Positions 56,335 to 64,000 of a DNA stretch of 64,000 nt are shown one piece after another. The translations under genes were made by a program, and so were the position numbers. Source of the DNA: Lingula anatina (lineage: Eukaryota; Animalia; Brachiopoda); assembly GCA_051362555.1 (NCBI GenBank), contig CM120640.1:12152001-12216000 (forward strand), read 5' to 3'. The notes beneath the pieces are model-generated. The model did no database searches, was not told the DNA's origin, and saw only the letters and a list, made by a program, of their open reading frames with translations. Each line of letters begins with the position of its first letter. Within the stretch, counting starts at the first letter, position 1.

Positions 56335-58106
56335 TCCAGAGAACTGTGATCCACCCTTACTATTAATATTCCTTGTGTGTATGTGGGCAAACACCCCTTA
56401 GTATATACAGGTACAGCACATGATCCGCGTCAAGCGGCATTTTCTAGTTAAAATGAGATATGCATGTGCTCGAATAAGTTAGTAGGATGCTTTAAAAGAG
56501 AAAAATAGACTGCACCGTCTGTATGTACTTATGTAATCCAACAGTGAGATGTGTCCTGGCATATACACACAAGGCCTGCAGTATTTAATTCAAATGTTAA
56601 GTTATCAAATCATCTCAGATCAGTCTGACTTATTGAATATTTAGTGTTTTACTGGAGCTGCTTTTTCATATTTGCATTGCGAAGGATGATGCGGGTAGGC
56701 GAATGAAGCTATTAGTTCTTTCTCATTTCCATTATAGTTTCGAGTATGGATCCTAGGTCTCTCAAACTAGGAATAATACCATATGATTCAGAACCATCCC
56801 CCTTCATAAAAGACAAACTGGCCTACCTGATACAAGGGACATCTACCATACTTAAGTTGCTCATCCTCACCTTTGTATATAACTCAAATCTCGGAGACAC
56901 CACTTAACATGACATAATTATTTGTTGTTGAAAAGTAGCGTCAAACACACTGCGTATACCTTTGATTAATCCGGAACACAGACAGGTGGGTTCATGAAAA
57001 TTCATAAGACAGGTGATGTAAATGATTAGGAAGAGCGATTTAAACACTCACCTATGCCTGTTCCGATAAAGCCCAGTCACTGCAGCTTGGTGTTTTCCCA
57101 GAGAGCAATCCACCTGTGTGACTCACGTGAACCAAAATATGAAAACCGTCTACCTGCGTCCAGCTGTTGCAAGTGTCACAGTGATCGGCACTGGAAAATA
57201 GAGTCGCCTGGTTTGACAATATGCGGGTTATATGATGTACACAATTCATATAATATCTTCATATCTATCTCTCGGTCGACTACATTCGACTATACATCAG
57301 ATAAGTGATTAAGTCCTGCTGTATTCCTTCATTTTACCTCATCTCTATTTATTGTTGACGAAAATAAACGCGGTTTATCATCAAAGACAAGTGTATCAAA
57401 GATATACGTGGCTTGTTAATTTTTAATAATTGACAAAGAAGCTAACTCAAACGCGGCAAGGACACATTCTTGTCCCTGCAACAGTGGCGTTAAGACAGAT
57501 GTCGATATGTTATGCACTTCATAACATAAGAACAGGCGCATTCCCTTCAAATCTTTTTATAAAGAAATTAGTCCACTATTTTATACCTGCATATCATTAC
57601 ACGTACATAATCATACATATTACACAGCAATGCAGATTAACATCAGTCCGTATTTTAGATACCAGGTCACGATTTGAGGGGAATTTTCTACCAGCCGAAA
57701 TTAAGCCAGAAAGAGAACATCTACACCGGTACAGTCGAAGCATCGACGTCCAAACTTAATTTACACGGTGTCCCAAAACTTCCATATCAGGTAATGAAAA
57801 TAAAAATAATCCATCAAATTAAATCTCGGAACAGCTATAAGGGTGTATGTTTCATGTAATTTCATTGCGTCCTGGAGAAATATAACTAATGTGCTTTTTC
57901 AAGCAATATCTCAAGTCCACTTAAGAAAATGGGCGTTTGAAATAAAATTCGCTGGAATATCATATTGATAAATTGTTTGTGTCCGTAAAAAGAAGTCAAA
58001 ACAGCCGTCAAAATAATCGTTTGACGTTAAGGCTTGTTGGCCGAATAAAGATTAATCTGATACGGATATCCAGTACAGGAAAGGAGAGGGCTATCTCCAT
58101 TATCAA

Positions 58107-58144
58107 AAATAAATAAATAAATAAAAATAATAATAATAAAATAA

Positions 58145-58195
<51 letters not shown>
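58107..58195. repeat. (AAAT)n/(AAT)n simple repeat
   Basis: Visible; explains the poly-Leu ORF 58027-58221. Confidence 0.9.
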
Positions 58196-58196
<1 letters not shown>

Positions 58197-61100
58197 TTAT
58201 TCCGGACATAAAATTAAACAAAACTTAAATATTAAGGCTACAGCATATTTATTAAAGGCTCCGCCTTTACCAGCCCTCGGAGAGTCCTGTATTACGTTTA
58301 CCATACCCTAACACAACCGAGAGTGACCGTTAATTGTTGGGGGAACACATTTTACAGTGGTAATCCTTCTCTGACGCGCCAATATCACCATCATCTACAA
58401 CAGTAATAATAGTAATTCAAACGTCACCACAGTTACAGCTGTTGATGGAGACCAATATTGTGCCACTGACGATCTATGACTATTATTTTTACCGTGCAGT
58501 GAGCTGCCTCCTCTCACACCTTTCGCTGTCACCGGTGTTCAGATGGCCGTTTCTGTCCATCTTTCAAACGTTGTACTTAGAAGAAGACAGGTGACGGGCA
58601 AAAGTAACAAGTGTCACATCTCACCTGACCTGGGTTATACTGACAGGTGTATAAATTGTACTAGACTCATAGCATGCACTAGACTTATAAATCTACAACT
58701 GTTTCTCTAACAGACGTGTGAGTTCACGATATGCTATATTGTTCCCAGGCACTCACAGCTAAACCTAAGCCACCACCTGTGAAATTCAGTTTTCTACAGT
58801 TTCGGCCCCCATGGAGTCACAATGACCATAGGTAACAATACAGGGCATACTAGATTACACCTCTAGCAAGGATGATAACTTGCAAGTGGTGAGAAATCAG
58901 TTTTTATCCTGTTGATCGAAACAGATCTCGTAGACCTGATAAGGGATATACGCACCGCCACTGATAAACCTGGACATCACAGATATGGGTACCAACTGAA
59001 AGTTGTGCCCTTGGATACCCCTATAACCATCAGATCAGTTAGGCCAGTTAAGCTCACATTCACGGAACTAGTATTTATCTGCTGCGTATGCGCTCTATTT
59101 CGCATTTCTTTTCTCTACAACCATTGGTCTATTATATTTAGTTCATAACTTTTGTAAAAACCGTACTTGTACTAACAAAGATTATAATATCCTGTATATG
59201 TATTTAACGACATTTCTACATGTAGCTCACGCATCAGGCGTGTGTGCCTTTTGAACAACAGGCGCAATAACATTGTACTTTCTTTTGGTGCCGTTTCTTT
59301 TGGACGATTAAGACAAATGTCATCCCTTGTTCTTCGAAAAGCAAATAACACTTACTGTTTTCAAAATCAAATTCCCGGATTAACTGTTGGTTTAACAGCA
59401 ACCCATCATTCCAGAAACAAGCTGTGTTGGTATTATATAGTCCTCTTGATGCAAATGTCTAGTGGGACTAACACGTAAAAAGACTATACCCTGTGACTCA
59501 CACACTGTTGTACAGTATGACAGCACAGCTCTGGTTTGCTGTCGTAAAATCTGCTGACTGGCCTTCTCTCTGTCTGTGCCACCTCGCCTGGAACGGTATC
59601 CGTGACTATTGCATTAGGCTGAGTATACAGTAATTCACACGTCAACTTTCCCTCCCTTCAGGCCCGATAACGTTACTAAGTCGTGAAGCTGTGCAAACGC
59701 ACTGTAGTGGCTTTATCACCCAGAGGTCGACAATTAATCTCTTAGCTGGAAAAACTTGCATTTATAGTGCATACATTCAACTTTGTTCATCGATAGCAAG
59801 TTGCGATAAAAGTCAGATCCAAAATAAACCGTGACACACGCGGGGGTTGATAAGTTGGCTAAAAATAGTGTTAAAGCTCCCGTCCCATGTAAAAACACCC
59901 GTCCTTATTGGGGGCGTTGGTTCACAATACCTATTTTGAAAATTATACCTTTCTAAATTACAATGATGGTTGCTATGCAATATGTCAAAAAGCCCATTAC
60001 GACGGAGGAAAAGTTTCAATATGCAATGTACCGCAAAGAAACTGCAATAATTGTGCCTGCTGTTTAGCTAATACATCAGTCTGAATAAACTTTTCATGCA
60101 GTTTTTACTGCTATATTCGCTTGAATAAAAATAGGAAACAAAGTCACGTCAAACACAACACTTACACAGCACAATGAGAACTTAATTGCATTAATAATAT
60201 TTGTAAAACAAGAGTTGTTGGCAAGAGTTGAGCTTTTCAAATAAAAAAATTAGAAATGCACTTTGCAGGCCTGAAATGAAACAGGTTCTACGGGGTGCAT
60301 AGGACTAAGGTTGTGTTACATCTTCCCTTTCTCTTTTCTCAGAGGCATATTACTTAAAAGTTAGATATATAGGCCTACTTGTAGGCCTACTTATAAATCT
60401 CCTCGCATATTATTTTATTTCGGGAAATGAACTCGGCTTCAGTGATCTTAAAAAACATTATTCTCTAGGCATTTCTTTTTTTGAAAGTCTGTAGACTGAT
60501 AATCGGTTTGTAGGCCTACTATATAGATAATCACGCCAAGAAAATTATGTGATATGTACAGTAGGTCTATTTTATGCCACGAGTCCCCCATATTGTCTAT
60601 ATATGCCTATAATATAATATACATAATCGATAATTTGTATACGCATATGAGTGTATTAAGCAAATTCAAACCTACCGGTGGTATAAAAGAAAATAATTTA
60701 TTATTCACAGAAAATGTCATTAGGAACAAATTTATCATCGTAAGGATTCATTTGTAGATCCGCACATTCAATGCGCGTTTCCTGTGATAAGCCTTCCTAT
60801 AATGAAAAGGCGTAAACAAGTTTTTTTGGTTTGTTTTTATTTCTTTTTTCTCTTTGATTATCGAAATTAATTTGTCCAAACATTAATTTACAGCACCACA
60901 TAGGCCTAAACTTAACATGTCACGTTTCAGTACCAACGCTTAAAAAGGTATTTTATTTTTTCATTTTTCGATGAAATGCAATGTCATATCTATATGTTTG
61001 TAGACAGGAACAGATTTTTCACATGTGTTTTAAAATTGAGTTCAGAGTGCATTTTTTTCTTTCTTTCTTTCTTTTCTTTTTTTTTTTTTTTTTTTTGCAG

Positions 61101-61243
61101 AGCGTCGGGTTGGGGTGGGCTGTATTCATCTTTAAGAAAAAAGCTTAAACAAGCAACAAATTGACCATGTCAAGCCTACAGCTGGTGCGTGTAGTAAAAA
61201 TCTTTTTACTTGCTGAGACTTAAAATTTCATGTCTTAGGGTGC

Positions 61244-61456
61244 TTTCCCAGAGATTTAGATCGATCTAAAGATTAAGTTTTAGATCGACCTAACTCCCTG
61301 GGGGTTCAGGCTAAATTGCAGTCAGCCGAGCGGACACCACAGTTAATTAACCCCTTACAGCTTTTAGTAGGCGGGACAGACGCTTAAGCCGGCCAAGCTG
61401 ACAGTAATCTAGTGAGACTCCCCACAGGGATAGATCGATCTAAAAATCTATGGAAA
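61244..61456. mobile_element. Probable MITE with about 25-bp imperfect TIRs containing the palindrome TAGATCGATCTA
   Basis: tttcccagagatttagatcgatcta versus reverse complement of the right end tttccatagatttttagatcgatcta; TSD not resolved. Confidence 0.55.
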
Positions 61457-61820
61457 TGGGGTGTTACATAAGACGGATATAAAAGCAATCTGCGTGCCCA
61501 CTCCCCACATTGCTGCTATCAACTTTGCCGCAAGGTGTCCCTTCAAACGTATAAAATCTCCTGAGTTTTGCCTAGTCATTATAGTGTGTTTTATAGGTAA
61601 TTTCTAGATAACAGCATCAACCATTTCAAATAAATTTTTATGTAGAGCAGCGCTGAAAGCCGTGGGCTAGGTGGATTGAAGAATGGCTTTTCTTGCAAAT
61701 GATCCCCTCTATCTTGTTTTGATGAAAAATAATTGCATGTGCGGTTGTGAGTTTGGTTTGCCTTGTTGCGTGTCGAACGGATATGAAGTACTCTCATAAA
61801 TAGATTAGATTTTCGTAACG

Positions 61821-63916
61821 ATGACGGTGCTTACAAAACTGATGCCGCCTTTGAGTCTGCTTGTATTTAGTTCTTTTCTTATGTGCAGATTTACACTCTG
61901 CGAAGAGAAGGCACCAAAAATAGGTAGGCCTACGACATGGTTAGATTAGTCGAGGGCGTAGCGAAGAGTTTATCAGGGGTCATTTTGATATTCACAATTG
62001 TCTCGTAGCTTTTTTAAAAGTAGTTATACAGTCAAAGAGAATGTGATATGAAGTACAGACGTTCATTATGATCACTGCGTCAGTAACTGTACGTACATGA
62101 CGAGTCCAGGCTGCTAGGCTCTGGGGATCAATCTGAACGAGTCGAGTTCCTAGTCGTTACACCCCCGCCCCAATTTACCCTTGCAGCCTGTACACTGTAC
62201 TTTGTAACTCTAGTGTTAACACTGGCAGACATCTGAGTGGAGGTAGACCTAATTAGGTTTGGAGATTGGACACAATAATGTAATTTTGTCCATGTTTGGA
62301 GTTTCTCAGAGATAAGCCCCTCACTCCTCCCGGGCCTCAACAGTCTGGAACGTACTAATACAGGGGCATTTCACACAACTAGCAACATCCTGTTAAGAAT
62401 GTAATAATTTGGCACTTTTGCAATATCCCCCATCATATAACTCTTTGATTTCTTTGACAATTCATTTACTAATTTAAAGGTGTTTTTTACATGAAATTTT
62501 ATGCCTTCTAAATATCATCACCTAAGTTAGTTTTGATTAGCATTAAAAATTAGAGAGTAACAGGGTGGGGGCAATACTGCAAAAGTACCAATAATACCCC
62601 TCCCCCACTCCTTTAAAAAAAGTCTGCTCTGTCAATTGTCTGTTAGGACTGCCAGATTGAGGATTAAACTGTACACACTAATAACAATTTACCAAATCAA
62701 ACCCCATTGAAGTAAATGTTCTAATAGTTCTGTTAGAAAAATGCATGATCTTCCAGACAAAATCTCTTAGTATATTTTATCATAGTCTCAGTGTCACTCT
62801 TTTTGTCCACTCTATAGCAATTATTGGTGGTGGTATTGGAGGGGCCTCAGCAGCTCACTACTGCAGAGAACTATTTGGTAAGGATACCACTATAGATTTA
62901 TATGAGGCAGAACAAGTGGGTGGTAGGTTAAGGACCATCACCATTGATGGGAAGAGGTATGATTCTGGAGGAACCATTCTGCATCCCAGAAATTTTTATA
63001 TGAAGAATTTCACCAAGATGCTGGGTATGTTATTTTATTATAAATATGGAAATTTACATTAATTTATTTGGAGGATCACTTTGTCATTGTGTGTGTCCAG
63101 TTAAATTTGCGTATTATACTGCGCACATTTACCCAAACCTTGAATAATCTCACTTCTATTAGGTGCATACCAATAGCAGGCCTGCCCAACTACCAGACTC
63201 TGCACCGAATGATCCTAAATTCACTGGTAGATCGGACCACACCACCCTTTTTCAAGAATCATACGCAACACCTCTCTTGCCTAGTACATGTACGCGATGT
63301 GATAGTGATGATTCACAGCGGGGTTGGAAAGTATTGCATCTCAAAATTTGTTCTGTGGTATGATACTGAGAAATGCGTACTGATGCACATTTTGAAAACA
63401 GGTAGTGTGGTCCTATCTACCAGTGAATTCGGGTTCATTTGGTGCCAATCTGGCAGTTGGGTAGGCCTGAAAAGGGTGTAAGGAAGTGTATATGTATATG
63501 CTAGTATAGACAGAAGAAAGTTGATGTCAGTGCTGTGAAACTCGGTGATTTCACTGAATAACATATGCTTCATTGTGTGTGATATAAACTGCAATTTTGA
63601 CAGTTTTATATTATATTCTTGTTACATTTATATACATAATGTTAATATGCATGGTTCTACAGATGTATATGTTATTTTGGTGAATATTATTGTGTGTGGT
63701 TTTACATATTTGAGTATGTGCACACTTTGCATTTTTTGTAGAATTGGACACTGTGGATCACAAGGGAGGTGTCCTTGGAATCTATGATGGAAAGGAGTTT
63801 GTCTTCACAGGAAGCAAGTACAGCTTGGTGATGTTCTCCAAGTTACTGTGGCGATATGGTTATGATGTTATTCGGTTGAATTTTTTTATTCAGGATTTAC
63901 TGTCCAAGTTCAGTAG
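61821..63916 (+). CDS. PCYOX1: Prenylcysteine oxidase 1(-like), 5' part; continues beyond window
   Basis: Exons 61821-61923 (signal peptide MTVLTKLMPPLSLLVFSSFLMCRFTLC-EEKAPKI), 62818-63024 (AIIGGGIGGASAAHY FAD-binding motif, VGGRL, YDSGGTILHPRNFYMKNF), 63742-63916 (LGIYDGKEFVF...KLLWRYG); phases consistent. Confidence 0.92.
63177..63469. mobile_element. MITE with about 80-bp imperfect TIRs (CAGGCCT...AGGCCTG) in PCYOX1 intron 2
   Basis: caggcctgcccaactaccaga...aattcactggtagatcggaccacac matches the reverse complement of 63390-63469; no TSD retained. Confidence 0.8.
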
Positions 63917-64000
63917 GTAATTAGTTTTATTATTATCACTATAATTTTGTCTTCATTGTGATTATTAAATATTTAAGAGTTTAAGTTTTCACTGATATTG

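Noticed and set aside
53976-61821. Functional pairing of prenylated RASEF with head-to-head prenylcysteine oxidase
   Set aside because: Starts are about 8 kb apart with no evidence of a shared promoter; likely coincidence unless synteny shows otherwise.
62361-62746. Weak inverted repeats in PCYOX1 intron 1
   Set aside because: Too degenerate to define ends or a TSD; possibly an old MITE.

Overview
AT-rich, intron-containing animal genomic DNA, probably a marine invertebrate (inferred from gene content and composition; taxon cannot be fixed from sequence). Exons were traced by hand using GT/AG sites and reading-frame phase. Four protein-coding genes: (1) the 3' part of a divergent RFX4/6/8-subfamily gene (+, 358-6458) with an antisense tRNA-Pro(CGG) in an intron; (2) a complete RFX6 orthologue in tandem (+, 9021-29061); (3) a convergent RASEF/Rab45 gene (-, 53976-31095) with what appear to be three mutually exclusive first coding exons, two encoding different EF-hand pairs and one with none; (4) the 5' part of a prenylcysteine oxidase gene (+, 61821 to window end). 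A RASEF intron holds a 6.5-kb defective IS3EU-type DNA transposon (36294-42793; TAT...ATA ends, 6-bp TSD CTTTTG). Its inverted repeats extend through promoter-like motifs into homologous Cys-rich first exons on both arms. Several MITEs and microsatellites are also present. Most ORF-track entries are intronic noise.
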